From Puccinia triticina (Eukaryota): a DNA stretch of 64,000 nt. The stretch covers positions 3,162,001 through 3,226,000 of the forward strand of contig CP110439.1 in assembly GCA_026914245.1 (NCBI GenBank), written 5' to 3'. Each line of letters opens with the position of its first letter. The first letter of the stretch is position 1. The notes below the pieces were generated by a model. The model was not told the DNA's origin. It ran no database searches and saw nothing but the letters and a program-made list of their open reading frames with translations. Shown here one piece after another: positions 33,290 through 47,170 of this stretch. Both the position numbers and the translations under genes were made by a program.

Positions 33290-34189
33290 AATGTGGAACT
33301 CCGTCCGTGCCAGGCGGCGGCAGTTGTTGGAGGGGAAAAGGTTGGGAAATGCCCTCCGGGGATTGGTCGCGGGAAGAAGGGGGGATCTGTAAGCGATGAG
33401 GTAGGGGGGTGTTTGATTTACGACGGCGATTGAGCGCGCGTCGGCGGGGTTGTGAGTTGAGAGGAGAAAGAAAAAAAAAAAAGGAAACCGGGAAGGATGA
33501 TGAAAGTTTGGGATGTCGCGGTCGTCGAAGTGCGCCGGAAGGCGGGGTCAGGAAGAATGAGGATCGACAAGAAAAAACGCCACGTGCGTGATGAAAGAGT
33601 ATCCCGATCGTTGGGATGGATAAGGCTCAGAAGGCGCTCCGAGTGCGCTGATAAGGTGATCCGTAAAAATTTTGATAGGAAGATTATGGTTCAGGGTCTT
33701 CCCGTGCCGTCCCATTGTCTAAGTTCGAACAGAACTTAGACTCCGGGCGCAGCACGCAGCGGGACCTTCATCATACACCCACGCGCGCAACAAACACAAA
33801 AGAGAGGAAACAGACAAAAGGAAACAAAACACAAAACCAAACCAACCCAGCACATAGCACAACCATCCAACACGCGCATATGAGAAATGAAACAACAACT
33901 GAGAGCGAAAAAAAATAAAAATAAAAGAAAGCAAGGAAACAAAAGAAAAGATCCAAAAGCAATTGTAGAAAGGGAACCAGCGCGCCAAAGATCCGGAAAG
34001 ATTGAGTCCTGAAACGGGTTACATCCGGGAAAATTGATCCTCCACGCGTCTTGATGTCTCCCGCGCGCCGTCGCGAGTTCTAAAGTTGACCCCGCGTGTA
34101 CAAGATTGAACACCACACCGGCTAACTCCCAGCCGCCGTGCCGTGCCGATGGCCGGCACAGGCCATCGAGCGGAGTTACACGCTCCCCG

Positions 34190-35500
34190 ATGACCGGCCA
34201 GCACAGACTACCGGTCTTTGAGGGGATCATGTACTCCTCTTGATGGCCACTCTGTTTCGGTCATCGACAGGAGTACAAACATCCCTCGATGACGTTCCGG
34301 TCACGAGGGGAGTGTTCACTCCTCTCGACAGCCGGAGCAACTGGGCCGTCAAGGGGAGTACGTACATACATACTCCTCCCTTGATGACCGGAACATTCCG
34401 GTCATCGAGAGGAATAAATCCTTCCCTCGATGACCGAGTCCGTTCCGGTCATCGAGGGGGGTGTTCACTCCTCTCCATGACCGGGTCCGTGCCGGTCATC
34501 GAGAGGAGTACATACTTCCCTCGATGACCGGGTTCGTTCCGGTCATCGAGGGAAGTGTTCACTCCTCTCAATGACCGGAGCAATCGGGTCAGCGAGGGGA
34601 GTATGTAATCCTCTCGATGACCGGGCCTGTTCCGGTCATCAAGGGGAATGTTCACTCCTCTCGACAACCGGAGCAATCGGGTCATCGAGGGTGTACTCCT
34701 CTCGATGACCGGAACGTCCCAGGCATTCTCGGAGGAGTACGTACTCCTCTTGGTGACCTGGTTGCTCCGGTTGTCGAGAGGAGTGAACACTCCCCTCGAT
34801 GACCGGAACGGGCCCGGTCATCGAGGGGGTGTTCAATCCTCTCGATCAAGGTGAACCGGAACGGACCCGGTCACCGAGGGAAGTATGTACTCCTCTTGAT
34901 GACTGGGTCCGTTCCGGTCATCAAGGGGGGTGTTCACTCCTCTCGATGACCGGGTCCGTGCCGGTCATCAAGAGGAGTACTGTCAGCTGTGGGCTGCTCC
35001 GGGTTGGATTGAGTCCACTCAATAGAATTTATACCGGTCGTCCCAATGCTCCTAGTCGTAGATGGGTTTGATCCAATGGAACTTACACCCAACAGATGAT
35101 GAATGTGAGAAGTTCAAGGCCAATGTTCTGAACAGTGATATGGTGATTTGATGAGAATGGCAATCTTAGAAAGTGATGTGGTGATTTATCTTGAGATGAA
35201 GAGGTATGTAATTTTGGGTGAAATATTGTCTCTTCTTGAATTTCTGAGGAGGGTAGAAATTAAGAAGTACAGCTTATAACTAGAAGGTGATGAAGTAACT
35301 CTACTACAAGCATGAGATATGTTAATAATGAAAATGAATGTGAAATGTTTGTGAAAAATAGTTTTAATTAAAGATAACTATTGCAGTCTGTAGTAAATTC
35401 AAAGCTAACTTGTGAAAGGTATGTTGAATATAATAGCAGGCTGACAAGTACATACTTCCCTCAATGACCGGGTCTGAGTGGACACCCCCTTGATGACCGG
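34190..35500. repeat. Tandem array of ~50-nt palindromic units (CTCCTCTCGATGACCGG-N7-CCGGTCATCGAGAGGAG), interrupted by a solo LTR
   Basis: Diverged units are visible at 34190-34980 and 35452-35500, inside the long-TIR element. Confidence 0.9.
34981..35446. mobile_element. Solo LTR
   Basis: TGTCAGC...GCTGACA termini with 5-bp TSD AGTAC (34976-34980, 35447-35451). Confidence 0.85.
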
Positions 35501-35534
35501 CAATTTGTGCCACATGCACACAGGTGCTGGCCGG

Positions 35535-37629
35535 TGTAAGACTCAAAAGTGGTAATGAAACCCTTTTTCTGAATGGTGAAGGGTATGATGGAGTTGCAAG
35601 CTCTGCCCTTCTGTTATCAGTCAACAAGACCCACCAAGCTCAGCTTGGCAAGTTTTATTAAGTGATAGGTCTGGTCTGTTCCAGATGAAATCTGTTTGAC
35701 CGGCAACGTGTAAGTGTTTTAATTACTTTGTTATAAGGGTTGAATTGTTGTTATAAGGGTTGATTTATTGTTATAAATCCCGTAACCGGTTGGTTGTTGT
35801 CTTGGGGTATTATTTCTTGGAGGGTTATTTTGAGTTTCATCTGAATCTGACATTTCTTCTTCAGCAGGATCTCTGAAGTGATTTTCTGGACCCTTTCCTT
35901 TGTCTTTCCTCGGTGGTGGTGGTGGATTGTTCGTGGCATCGCTTGGCCAAAGTAATCCTGAAGTTCCTGCCAATGGTCTGTTCCTTAAAGGGGTACTTGA
36001 AGCAAATCCTTCTCCCATTTCTAATGTACTGAAGGGTAAACTCATGTTGATTCTTGTTGAATCCTAGTTTCCTTAATATGACAATCGTTTGTTAACTGTT
36101 ACTGTGCTCTGAAAAAGAAACAATAATATATGGTCTCTGGTTTCTTTACCAGGGAAAATTGGGGGTTTCTTTCTAATATCTAAAATAACTTTACCGTCCT
36201 GGGAAACTTCTTCTAACAGTATCTGCTTATCCAAATTCTTCAGGTCTTACTCTTGCCCTTCTTGAGGTCTTATAAGCAGCTGCTTCCTTTGAATGATTCC
36301 GGAGCTCTCTTCTACCAGGTTCCTAGTTATCCAAATTCTTCAGGTCTTACTCTTGCCCTTCTTAAGGTTTTATAACTGGCTGATTTCTTCAAGAGTCTCT
36401 TTTCAGATCCGGTGGTTACACGTTTTCTTTTCAGAGGTTCGTAATCAGTTCCTTGGATGGTTCCTAATTAATTGGCTAGTTGTCAACAGAATAACTGAAT
36501 ATGCCGCTGAGTGTTATAGATTTGTTTGACAAATTTGATTCCTATTGCCGCTTGAGGTTGAGATCCGTAGACAATGGTTTCTGGTTTTCTTTGGTTGAAA
36601 CGTTGTCAATCAAACAAGATTACCCGATCACGTTGGGGACTCCCTTGTAAGACTCAAAATTGGTAATGAAACCCTTTTGCTGAATGGTGAAGGGTATGGT
36701 GGAGTTGCAAGCTCTGCTCTTCTGTTATCAGTCAACAAGACCCACCAAGCTCAGCTTGGCAAGTTTTATTAAGTGATAGGTCTGGTCTGTTCCAGATGAA
36801 ATCTGTTTGACCGGCAACGTGTAAGGATTTTAATTGTTATAAGGGTTGAATTACTTTGTTATAAGGGTTGATTTGTTGTTATAAGGGTTTTAGGATTTGA
36901 GTGTGGATGAGTGTTGGGTGACTTGTGAGTTCTGGGTGAGAAACTGGGGAGCAGACCACTGGGGGTGGAGAGAGCTCCTTTTATAGACAAAAGTGGAGCC
37001 CCAAAGGGGCTTGTGGGTTAGGGTTTCAGCTAATCTAGACAACAGGGTGAGAGATTTTAGCTGGTGGGAGTAGATACAAATGATGTCACAACCCCTCAGG
37101 GGCGCATGAATGGTGTCAGAATATACAACAGAACATTCTAAACATGCCAGGGGTGCATACATGATGTCAGAATATACAAAAGAACATTCTAACGCATGCA
37201 TGAGGCGACAGTAGACTGCATGAGCTGTCATACAGGGGGAATCAGTGTATACACAAAGTCTGAGGCTGCAGAAACAGTGTAAATGATGTCATACTATGTA
37301 TATAAAGGAGTGTATGTAGTTAATATGTAATGAGTGTAGCCTGACAGGGAGATGTATGTTTGTATCCTGTGATGTGTATAAGTGTACTACTGTAAAACTT
37401 GGGTTGAGGCCGGTGACAGCTGGGTTACTGGGGCTGGCCGTGTGATAGGTGTCCATGAGGGGTAACTTCCACACTAGAGGGGGTCCAGGGGTACTTCCAG
37501 TGGTGACTAGGGGTGGAATTGGCCGTAGAATCCATTTCTGGGGTCCATTTGATGGTATCTTGAGGCCTAGGATGAGTAATTATGTGGCATAGAAAAACTT
37601 TTTATTTTTCCACTTTTCCGTCTACCACA
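35535..37629 (-). mobile_element. Internally deleted LTR element (5' LTR 36646-37629, leader and gag start, partial 3' LTR from 35535)
   Basis: Direct repeat TGTAAGACTCAAAA... at 35535 and 36646, PBS-like remnant next to 36646, terminus ...ACCACA and 4-bp TSD CCGG. Confidence 0.8.
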
Positions 37630-38379
37630 CCGGTCATTGGGGGAGTGTGTAAATCCGCTCAATGGCCTGTGCCGGCCATTGGCACGGCGGCTGGGGGATA
37701 GCCGGGCCCGGAGCTGCTGCCCCTCGAACTTTCTTTTCAAGGGGCTTGGTACCCGACCACTGAAGTCTTAGCGGTGAAAAGTCCCCGGGGTGGGCTATCG
37801 GGGTAGCGGGTGCCTTTTTTTGGATTAATATTATGACTTTTTTTTACATGAAAAGGACACCTCCAAAAAATCTAATATTTTTTGGAGAGGGCAGTTAAGA
37901 CCCCCTCTTTTGATCCATCAAAAAATTTTTGGGAAAAATCCCCTCCTTCTTTTGGGGGAAGTCACTGTGCGCGAAGTATTTCTCCGCTTGCGCGCACAGT
38001 GGGATCGACGTCGGGGGATGGTTGATTCTGTGCGCGAAGAGTTTTTTGCTGCTGCGCAAAGTAGGTCCGAAAAAATAAGAAGACTAAGAGTTAATTTTGT
38101 TGTATGAGAAATTTTGTCTATACTGGCTACATTTATTTTCCAATTAAACAGAGTCTAGTTTATCTAGGAGCAGGCAAAAGGCCGCTGTCTACTAGTAAGG
38201 TTTGAGATGAAATAGACAAGAAAAGAGTGATGCTTGTTTTCCTGGTTGATGAGTTTGGTCTACATCAATGCAGCATCCATTAGCCTTGTTATTTTTTCCA
38301 ATTGTAGGCCTTTGTTCCTTACTTGGAGAGAACATTTGGCTCTTTTCAATCCAGCTTCTTAGGCCTAAGCAAAATGGGG

Positions 38380-39750
38380 TGTCAAGGAGTAAACCTCCGT
38401 CAAAGTCTTGGATCATTAGGTAGGGCCATTGCGGCATGGCCGTTGGGATTTGGCAATACGCCTTTTCCCAGTCGAAGACCGCCAGATGGAAACTGGTTTT
38501 GTTATTTTGAAAGAAACAAGCTACGACGTTAAAGTCGTCCCAGGTCATCTTGAAGTCTTTTGCTTCCACAAAGGAGTTAACCAAAGGGATACACGGGTCG
38601 TTGCGCGGGAAGCTTAGGTCGTTGATTGGCCTGGTGGAACCGTCCCCGTTGACCACAGCCCCTAGGGGGTTTGTCCTGAAGAAGGGGAACTTGGATGCCA
38701 CTTCGAGATGTGTGAAAGGTCCAAACATTCGTCCCGCCGCTAGTTCTTTCTGGATCAATTTCTCAATCTTGTCCTTTGCCTGAAGGGCTGAGGAATGATT
38801 AGGTGGGGTGTAGTGGCTCATCCCGGCGATCGTGTGGTCAGGGATTCCTTGATGGAAACCGGCTTTAAAGCCGTGAAGTACGTCTGCAAAAGTTTGGTCA
38901 AGACCCGCCTTTCTAAGCGCAGCTTCCCATTCTGGGATGTTCATTTCACACCGGACTTCCTTTGGCCAGTTCACTAGTGCTGCCTTGGCCAGCTTGTCTT
39001 TGCTCACAATTGGAATTCTCACAGGTTGCGCATTGTCACGAGTTGGCATGGTACTGCAAGGACTGCATTTCACAAATTCATTTTTTTTTTTTTTTGGAAA
39101 ATTGTAAACAGAAAAAACAACTAAGTTTCGCTACGCGCAAAGAGCTTCTGGGGGTGCAATTTTTGTGGGGAACAAATTGGGGTAACTCTGGGGGGTTGTG
39201 ACATGACAAGTCTAAGGTGTCCTTGGGTGAGGCGGGAGCCAGTACTAGGAGGGTACTTTAGAGGGGGAGGGAAACTCTAAACTCAAGCAGGCAACCTACT
39301 GGGCTGATTCTACGCTGGGCTTCACACCTTGGCTGCCCTTCTTGTGGTTAGAGCCTTCGGTGCCGTTGTTGTTGGATGCTCCGCGGTCTCGGTTGGATGA
39401 GTTCCCGGATCTTTTGTCAACGTATTTGGGTTCGAAATTCGAGCCCTTGTAGCCCGACTTCCTGTTGTGGCACTCTTGACCGCCGCCTCCGCCGGAGCCT
39501 GGGTTAGGGCCTGCCAAGTAGGATTTCGCTCCGGGCCTGCCGGCCGTTGGCGCCCCTGTGAGGGGGTCCCAAGTGGCCCTTGGGCCGTCCTTGGCGTACG
39601 GGTTGTCAGTGAATCCCAATTTGTCAAACTTCCGGCATTGGGCGTAACAGATAGCCGCGATGTCTTCTTGTAAAACCGAGATGTCCGGGATTGACTCAAC
39701 ACCGCCAACGCTGACTCTGTGGGAGAAGGTGTTGGATCGCACCTGGGTTG
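38380..39750 (-). pseudogene. DIRS/Ngaro-type (tyrosine-recombinase class) retrotransposon fragment: ORF1 end and RT N-terminus
   Basis: PPNHSSA...IQKELAAGRMFGPF...FRTNPLGAV...RPINDLSFP...VNS...FDWEKAY is the DIRS-type RT signature, truncated before YxDD. Confidence 0.75.
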
Positions 39751-39779
39751 GGGAGGTGGTTTTGGTTAGTGTTTGTAAA

Positions 39780-39812
<33 letters not shown>

Positions 39813-40089
39813 GTAGATGTGCAGCAACATCATCTGGTATAACAATGAGCACATCTTTCTTGAGCCTATAGTTTCTCTCTTCAGATTTGTTTGGGACTGG
39901 ACTGCTGATCAATTGGTTCTCCAGCACTTTGAGTGCAATTTGTGCAGTTTGCCTTTTCCTATGCAATAGATTATAAATGAATGGGATGAGGCATGAGCTC
40001 TCATCTTGATCAGCTCAACATTCAGAAACCCAGCCGCTTACCTTTTTTGCTTGCTGTTGGATTTTGCCTTATGGCGCAGAATCTCTTAA

Positions 40090-40920
40090 GAGAAAAGACC
40101 CAGGTGAGTTGAATGTGAAGAGGCAGTCAGATATTGCATTGCCAGAGTGTGGAGGTGGGAGAGGCCGGAAACTTATGATTCACTTGCTGAGTTCCCAGTT
40201 CTTTGTGATTTAGTGGGCAGTTATGACCATGTAACCGGTCAAATCCAAGGCGGTCCACATGTTGGTTGTTAGAGAGATCATGCTTGACTTGGCCATCTTA
40301 GCCATTTCGATGTTCTTCATGCTGCTGTGGATACTGAGGCAATTGCTTTGGACGGCCTTGCAACGGGGTATCATGAAGTTAGGCTGAGCTGATTCCATGA
40401 ACTCGCAGAATCCAATATGATTGGCCATTGCAAACAGATACTCGTGCTTGATTATAGCTTTAGAAAATTTTTCTTGAGTTTTTTCTTGAGAAAAAATCCA
40501 GACCCGTTTGCTAGGCGTTTGGGAGCTGGTGAAGCTGAGGAGACCTTGCCTTGGTTGAACAACTGCCCCATTTTCCGCAGCACACCGTTCCAAGTGCCTT
40601 TGTAGATGGTTCATTCCTGCGGACAATTGAGCTGAGAGTTTGATGTGGCAGTAATTGCATTCAGCCTTTGATACACCACCTGTTTAAGAACAAGAGGGGG
40701 TGTATAAAAGGTTAGTCTCAAATAATAAATCTTGACACTGATATGATTGGAGGGGAAAAGATACATGGTAAATCTAAAATTACCTTCAGTGACCTTCTCA
40801 AAGTGGGCCCACACCTTGCTGGTGAGCTTGCACTTCTTCAGAAAGCTTCCTTTGGCTTCTTGGGATTCACTCTGACTGTTGGGGGGAGGTGGGCCGTGTT
40901 GGTACATGTAGGTACATGTA
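40090..40920 (-). pseudogene. hAT (Ac-like) transposase N-terminal fragment with BED finger
   Basis: TSKVWAHF...CNYC...NHLQRHLERC, AIIKHEYLF, and ISLTTNMWT...GYMVITAH* followed by LPPPHSG. Confidence 0.8.
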
Positions 40921-41807
40921 CAAGATCCTCGACTACGTGGCATGTCACATACTGTTATAGTTGTTGTATATAGTTCATTCCACTCTCTTGTAATGAACTC
41001 TATTGATTCCCGGAGCTCTCCATCCAACAGGTTATGAGCCTCTCGCTGGAGTAGCTCAAAAAAATCACATTTTATATCCATCTGTAGCCAGCATCAAGAC
41101 AAGTTTTCCACAGTAGTTTCATACCGGAACAAGCACCGTAGTCATCCTTGACGAGCCAAAGTAGTCTGCCGGCGAGCCCATACAATCAAAAGATTCCCAT
41201 TTTCCATCTCCTGCGACTTCTATCGTTTTCCTTCCCTCTCCTCCTCTTCTTAAATAAAAACAAATATAATAAACAAAAAAAATCTCTCTTTTCTCTTTTC
41301 TCTCTCCTGATTATCCGACCAAATTTGACCTCATGAAAATAGCTCCCTGTAGATCCCAGTCTTGTCCGGATACCCTTGTGGGTGAATTCTGAAGTTTACT
41401 ATCTCTGAGGCGAGCTCGTGGTGAATATCCTGCAGATATTTGCATTGGACTGATCATCCATAGCTACGACGCCGCTGACGAGATAATAAATTAGGTTGAA
41501 ACCATAGTGAGGCGGTCTCAACAAGTCGGGTTTGGTTCTGTTTGACCTTGGAACGCCTACGCCAACTGTGGACAACATTCCCTTTTTTTTCTTTCTTTAT
41601 ATTCTTGACTCAACTCTACCCCACCCCACATCTTGCACTCATTGACTTCTCAACCCAAAACTCAACTTACTCTCCATGTCTGACAACAAACCCCCATCTG
41701 GATGTTTGCAGCCAAGACCTTGACTCGGCGCAATATGCGGTCTATGCACAATAGACCAAGTAACTCCTAAGAACCCGACCATCAGGAGTGTCCTTGGACC
41801 ACAACTC

Positions 41808-44800
41808 TTGTCAAACAATTTCTTCACCAGGAGATTAAGCCGCGTGCCATTGAACAACTCTCACGATGAAGGTCCGTCCATTCCAACCAAAGAGGAAGGA
41901 AAAGGGCCCGACATCTCTGACAATATGTCGGAAGAGACCACCTTCCGACCCCGCCTGACCGGCTGTGTCCTTGGCTCCTCATCAACCAACTGGCGCCGCA
42001 CGGAGCCGGCTCCACATCTCAACAACCCCCCACAACCACAACCCGCAGTCCCGCAACAACCACAACCTGGGCAGGTCGAAATCTCAAGCCTCATGGCTAA
42101 ATTACGCTTCCAACGCGAACTGGAGCTTGCCCGGATCACAGAAGATTGCGCCCGACAAGAAGAGGACCGAGCACGTCACATCGCAAATGAAACTCGCATG
42201 CAATGTCGCAGAGAACTCAATGAGGAGGCCAAGATCTCCACCATCATCAACGCAGTGATAAGCAAACTTGATGCTGATGACATTTTCAAACCCAATGGAT
42301 CAAACGTTTGCTGCTGGGAAGACGCCCTCCGCTTGACAGCTTTCAAACGCTTCCATGACAAGGATTTCTTCATCCCGAAGGAGGATAGCTACATAGATCC
42401 ATACTACGAGTCCATCACACGGGGTATTATACACTGGTCTGTGGGTATTATACACTTGTCCAACTTTGACAAGACACCCTACATCCGCCCAATACAACCA
42501 GACGCAACACAGACCCCTTTTACGCCCAAAGCACCAGCCAGATCTTTAAATGACCATCCCTCAGCAACAAAAAACCGCCGCTCCAATCCACAAGTCAACA
42601 ACACCAAGCAAGTGGACACGCAAATGATCAATCCAGATCTCTTTGCTGAAGATGCCGTTGAGACATATGTCTTTGAAGGAGAAAACCTATCTGCTGAGCC
42701 TACTCTTGACCGTTTTGACCTCAACAAGTTCAAAGTCTGAAGCAACGGTCAAGAAGCTATCTGGGACTCTGGCGCGTCAGATAACGTGACCGGCATAGGT
42801 ATGCCTTACATGATTTTGAAGAACTAGCAAACCCAATAGCTGTCAGAGTTGCAACTGACGGGCCTTGTAACTACATTACAGGTACGGGTACGCTGAAATT
42901 TTGCGGGACAAACTCAATGATTATCGCTGTTAAGAAGGTGTTTTTCTGTGAGCAAGCTAGATCTACACTTATGTCTGTGGCTGCTTTCAAGAATTTTAAT
43001 GCGCAATTTCAGGTCTATGACAACTTCGGTACAATTGATTTAATCAGCCCATCTGAGAAGTTACTTCTCCAGAGCACCTTTGACCCTCAAACAAAGACCA
43101 GGCCCCTTCCGTGTCCACTCCGCAACCCATCTTACACCAATTTGTTACCTCCTCCAAGTTGTATTGATATGTACAACAATAATGTGGAAATGAATTTGGT
43201 ATTCAAATCGCCAAACTTCATTGAAAGTAGCCAATTCACTTGGCACCCTGAGGACCTGAGCGCAGATGAAAAGACTCTGCTTTTCTGGCACCGTCTTTTT
43301 GGTCACGCAAGCCTGCGTAAAATTAGGTGTTTGGTAAAGCTATGGCTAGGATACAGACTACCTGAGACTATGCCTACAGGATCAATCAAGTGTCCTGTCT
43401 GCTCAATCTGCAAAGCAACAAGAACATCTATCCTTGGTCCCACCAATTGTTGCTCGGAGAAAATTTCTGTTGTGTGTGTCGATTTGATGGGACCATTTGA
43501 CCCACCAACAATGAGTGGAGGTAGGTACACCTTGACAATAAGGGACATCTACACGTCTTACAGTGAGGTGAAAATACTGAAAGCAAAGTCTGATGCGGCA
43601 AAAGTACTGATGCAAGATGGGAGACACAAACTAATGGGAAAGTGAAGATCCTTTGGTCAGACAAAGGAGGCGAGTTTGATTCAAAGGCTTTCGCTGAATT
43701 CTTGGCAACAGAAGGAATCATTGCGGAAAGGTCCCTACCACATCACCACTTCCAAAACGGGGCAGCGGAACGTTATAACCGGACGGTAGCCAATGTGGGC
43801 CGGAGCGTCCTCTACGACAGCACCCTTGGAAAGGAGTTCTGGGGGTATGCATTCATATGAGCTGCGTGGACACTGAACCGTATCCCAAACAAGACTACAA
43901 AGGATTTGACGCCGTATGAGTGTTTCTTTGGCAACAAGCCACAGCTCGATTGCACATGTGTCTTTGGCTCCAAGGCTTACATCTTAGTTGCCCCGGAGAA
44001 GCGCAAAAAACTGGATGATTGGGTGGTCAAAGGCGTTGTTGTTGGACACCTTGAAGAGTCCAAAGGTCGGACCTTTTGGATTCAATCAACAAAAAAGCTA
44101 ATCTTGTCTGCCTGGGCAGATTTTGGAAGCAACTGTTTACCCACTGCTCACGTTACACCAGAAGCACAGGCACTTGAGATAGGGAGCTTTACGGACAAAG
44201 AGGCCGTGATTGAACAAGAGAAGAACGTTGACCGGACATTGTCAAATACTGCAACAAAAGATGATGGTGTACCCTGCACGTTCAAACAAGCAATGCGATT
44301 TCCTGAGGCTAAAGAATGGAAGACCGCCATTGACACCAAACTAGAAAACCTACGCCACAAATCTGTCTGGAAAGTTCGGCGTCTACCGGGCAAACACCGT
44401 CCCCTAGGAGCAAGATGGGTGTTTTCCAAGAAAGAAAACCCTGATGGCTCGATCAAATACAAGGCTAGATATGTTGCAAAGGGGTTCAACCAGAAAGAGG
44501 GAACTGACTACGCCCACACCTTTGCTCCTACGGCAAATTTCACCTCAATGAGAATTCTACTCACAATTGGCCTGTCGACAGTTTTGATTTTGTTGCAGCG
44601 TACCTCAACGCACCAATTGACGAAGAGGTATGGGTACAAGCACCAGAAGGCCTGAATGTGAAAGACGGGGAGGCTTGCCTACTTGAGAAGGCGCTTTACG
44701 GGACCAAAGAAGCTGCACGGTGCTGGTGAAAACATCTCAGCACAACACTTTCTTCGCTAGGCTATGAATCCAGTTACTACGATGTAAAGCTCAAAAGCGT

Positions 44801-46156
44801 TCCTGAGGACCTTTTGCTGAGTGCGGAAAGGGAAGAATGAGGTTACCTCTGCCTTTCCTGGGTCACTAGACACTAAAACAAGCCCCCCAATCTACGATTG
44901 GAAGGTTTATGTAGTGATAGTGGAGGTGTATCAAAAGATAGCCTACTTTGAGCAGGTGGCTTAAGGGTCATGGTAATGTAGCTGATGTGTAAGTGTTGTA
45001 ATGAGGTTGTAATTTGTATGTAAGGGTGTAAAACCACAATATAGAGTGGGGCTAATACTGTAGAGTGAGCAAGTATTGTACTGTTATGGGGTAAGCTGAG
45101 TGCAAGTAGTTTGCTGAGAGAAATTACAACTGGGGGGAGGAGAGCCTCCTTAAATAGAAAAGAGTGAGACATTTTAGCTCCAGGGGAACAAGAGAATGAG
45201 GGGTTTTAGCTGCCCTGAAAGCTACAATGAGGTATTTTGGCTGGTGGTTGACAGGTCACATGAGGTCATGATGTCATATGAGAGAATTTAGCTAGTGAGA
45301 AATAGGAGGTGAGGTATTTTAGCTGGCCTTGCCTGTCAACTGATGTCATCTGCAAGCTGCATGAGGGGTTTTTGCTATCTTGACACCTGCATGATGTCAT
45401 CTGTCAACTGTCAGACTGCATAAGCCTGCATCAAGTGTGCATAACACTGCATGACACTGCATGACATGTGCATAGCACAATGAAATGAGTTCAGCTGATG
45501 AGGTAAAGTATATGTAAAGGTTTAGACAAGCTGTCAGGGTGGTCCATGTAACGGATTACATGTCCTGGGTAAGTGTGGTTCATGTAACGGATTACATGAC
45601 CTGAGTATGGTGTTTGTGTGTGTGAAACTGAATGATGGTGTCTTGAAGGGGTTGTAACTTGTGATCCAGAGGGGTTTAAGGTGTTTTTTCCATGGTGTCC
45701 TGTGTAGTTTTGGCCGTAGAATCCAGTGGTGCCGCCATATTGGTTGATTTGAGAGTGTACATATGAGAAAAAAGTAATTTTTGAAATGGGCTAGATGGGT
45801 AACCATAAAGCATACCACAACGACTTGAGTGTCTACACCCTCAGTAACAAGGTGGACCGGTCTATCATATGGGTCCATGTTGATGACGGCATAGTTACAG
45901 GATTGTCAGACACAGCACTTAAGAAACTCAAAGCCCAACTGAAAGGAAGCCTTGAGATTAAATGGAACAAGGGTCTGACTAGCATGGTTGGTGTAAAGAT
46001 CAAGAGAACGGCTGAAGAATTTGAACTATCCCAACCAAATCTGATCAATAAAGTTCTACGGGAACGTTGGGATGGAAAAACTACGCATGCCACGCCCCTT
46101 CCAGAGGGATTCAACAGCAACTTTGTTGACAACAAGCCAGGAGTCAATGCAACCGA
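41808..46156 (+). mobile_element. Ty1/Copia element 2, degenerate and 3'-truncated
   Basis: PR (IWDSGAS), FWHRLFGHAS, IN (WSDKGGEF...QNGAAER) and RT (YKARYVAKGF; WVHVDD). Interrupted by a solo LTR and cut off at 46157. Its own LTRs were not identified. Confidence 0.85.
44783..45819. mobile_element. Solo LTR (~1.04 kb) inserted in Copia-2 RT
   Basis: TGT...ACCACA termini with 4-bp TSD ACGA. Removal restores SSYYDLSVYTLS. Confidence 0.88.
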
Positions 46157-47170
46157 TGTGGTGGACAAAACTGTGGTCAAATTCATTTTCAGTCTTCAAT
46201 CTCACTGGCGCTTCTCTCAAGATCCAAGACTCAGCCTCAAGCCTCAAAACTCAAGATCAAGACTCTCAACGCTGAAGGTCCTCAGGCTATTTCCCCTTCC
46301 CTTTTCTTTTCCTGATTCCTCACTTCCTTCTTATTTCTTTTTTTTTTTTCCTCCTCCTCAAGACTCTTTTATTTTCTTGGTCCTAACACAGTTTGTACTG
46401 TGGGTTTATTTGTTTGGGTCTGATTCCTTTCCTTCTTTCTTTTTGTCTTTCCAGTTTTGTGCTTTCTCCTCCTCTCTCTGTTCTGGTTTTCTGTTTCCCT
46501 TTTTGTGATTGTTCTCTATTATTTCATTGTTCTGTGGCTGGTTTCTTTTCTTGTCTTTCTTCTGTTGAGTGTTGCTGGTTTGTTTTCTTTTATGTCTTTC
46601 TTTGTGTTTGTTGTGTTGCGCGCGCACGGCGCGCAAGGAGATGATGAAATGTATGTGACATGTTGCCTCCCCAAGTCCAAGCTTGCAGAGCTTGGAGGAG
46701 CGGCATGGCATTCTGATCCGCCATCACAAGTTTAGAAGATCAAGAGTCCCGCATCCAAAGAGTCCAAACCCTCAAGAATCTCAGTCTGATCCTTTCCAGA
46801 ATTCCAACAACTACAATACCGCCGCCAAGAATCCAACCCCTTGGCGAAATAAACTCAAAACCACTTTCCCCCCCCCCCCCCCCCCCCCCCAGCTATCAAC
46901 TTGAATCCGCACGACTCCTTCTGGACCGATCCGTGAGGGCAGCCACCAGGCATCCATCCCCTCCCAGCGCTGCTGCCGGCCTAGCACCGGACGGAGCTCC
47001 ATAGTTGGTCCCCCGAGCCGGGATTGAACCAGCGACCTCAAGATTTACAGTCTTGCACTGTGGTTTTGAGGGCAACTGGCGGTTATACTTTTTTTCTTTC
47101 TTTTCACTATCACTCATCCAAATTCCGACAATCTCAGCTGAACAAAGGTTGTTTCTTTTTGCTTCGGAAC
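46157..47170 (+). mobile_element. 5' LTR (46157-47003), extended tRNA-Tyr PBS (47006-47056) and leader of a relative of the intact Gypsy
   Basis: The LTR 3' end aligns with the Gypsy LTR (GGACGGAG[C/T]TCCA[T/C]A). PBS TGGTCCCCCGAGCCGGGATTGAACCAGCGACCTCAAGATTTACAGTCTTGC. Left flank CCGA. Right boundary approximate. Confidence 0.82.

Larger units (their letters stand above)
25827..34117 (-). mobile_element. Ty3/Gypsy LTR retrotransposon, intact and very recent
   Basis: LTRs 25827-26651 and 33292-34117 (TG...CA) appear identical except one A in a poly-A run. 4-bp TSD CCGG, tRNA-Tyr PBS at 33239-33289, PPT at about 26652-26661. Confidence 0.97.
20174..38069. mobile_element. Non-autonomous long-TIR DNA element (~1.7 kb net) hosting four nested insertions
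   Basis: Termini CGGATCTACTTCGCGCAGCAGC / GCTGCTGCGCAAAGTAGGTCCG with 8-bp TSD AAAAAATA (20166-20173, 38070-38077). The imperfect inverted repeat continues across the nested insertions (20174-20495 + 25785-25826 + 34122ff versus 37634-38069). Confidence 0.8.

Noticed and set aside
34190..34980. Regularly spaced palindromic repeats resembling a CRISPR array (also 55900-56455)
   Set aside because: The intervening segments are only ~6-10 nt and are related to each other, the repeats are degenerate, there are no cas genes and the context is eukaryotic.
41340..41560. 5' LTR/PBS of Copia-2
   Set aside because: There is no second LTR to compare and no clear PBS, so boundaries cannot be supported.
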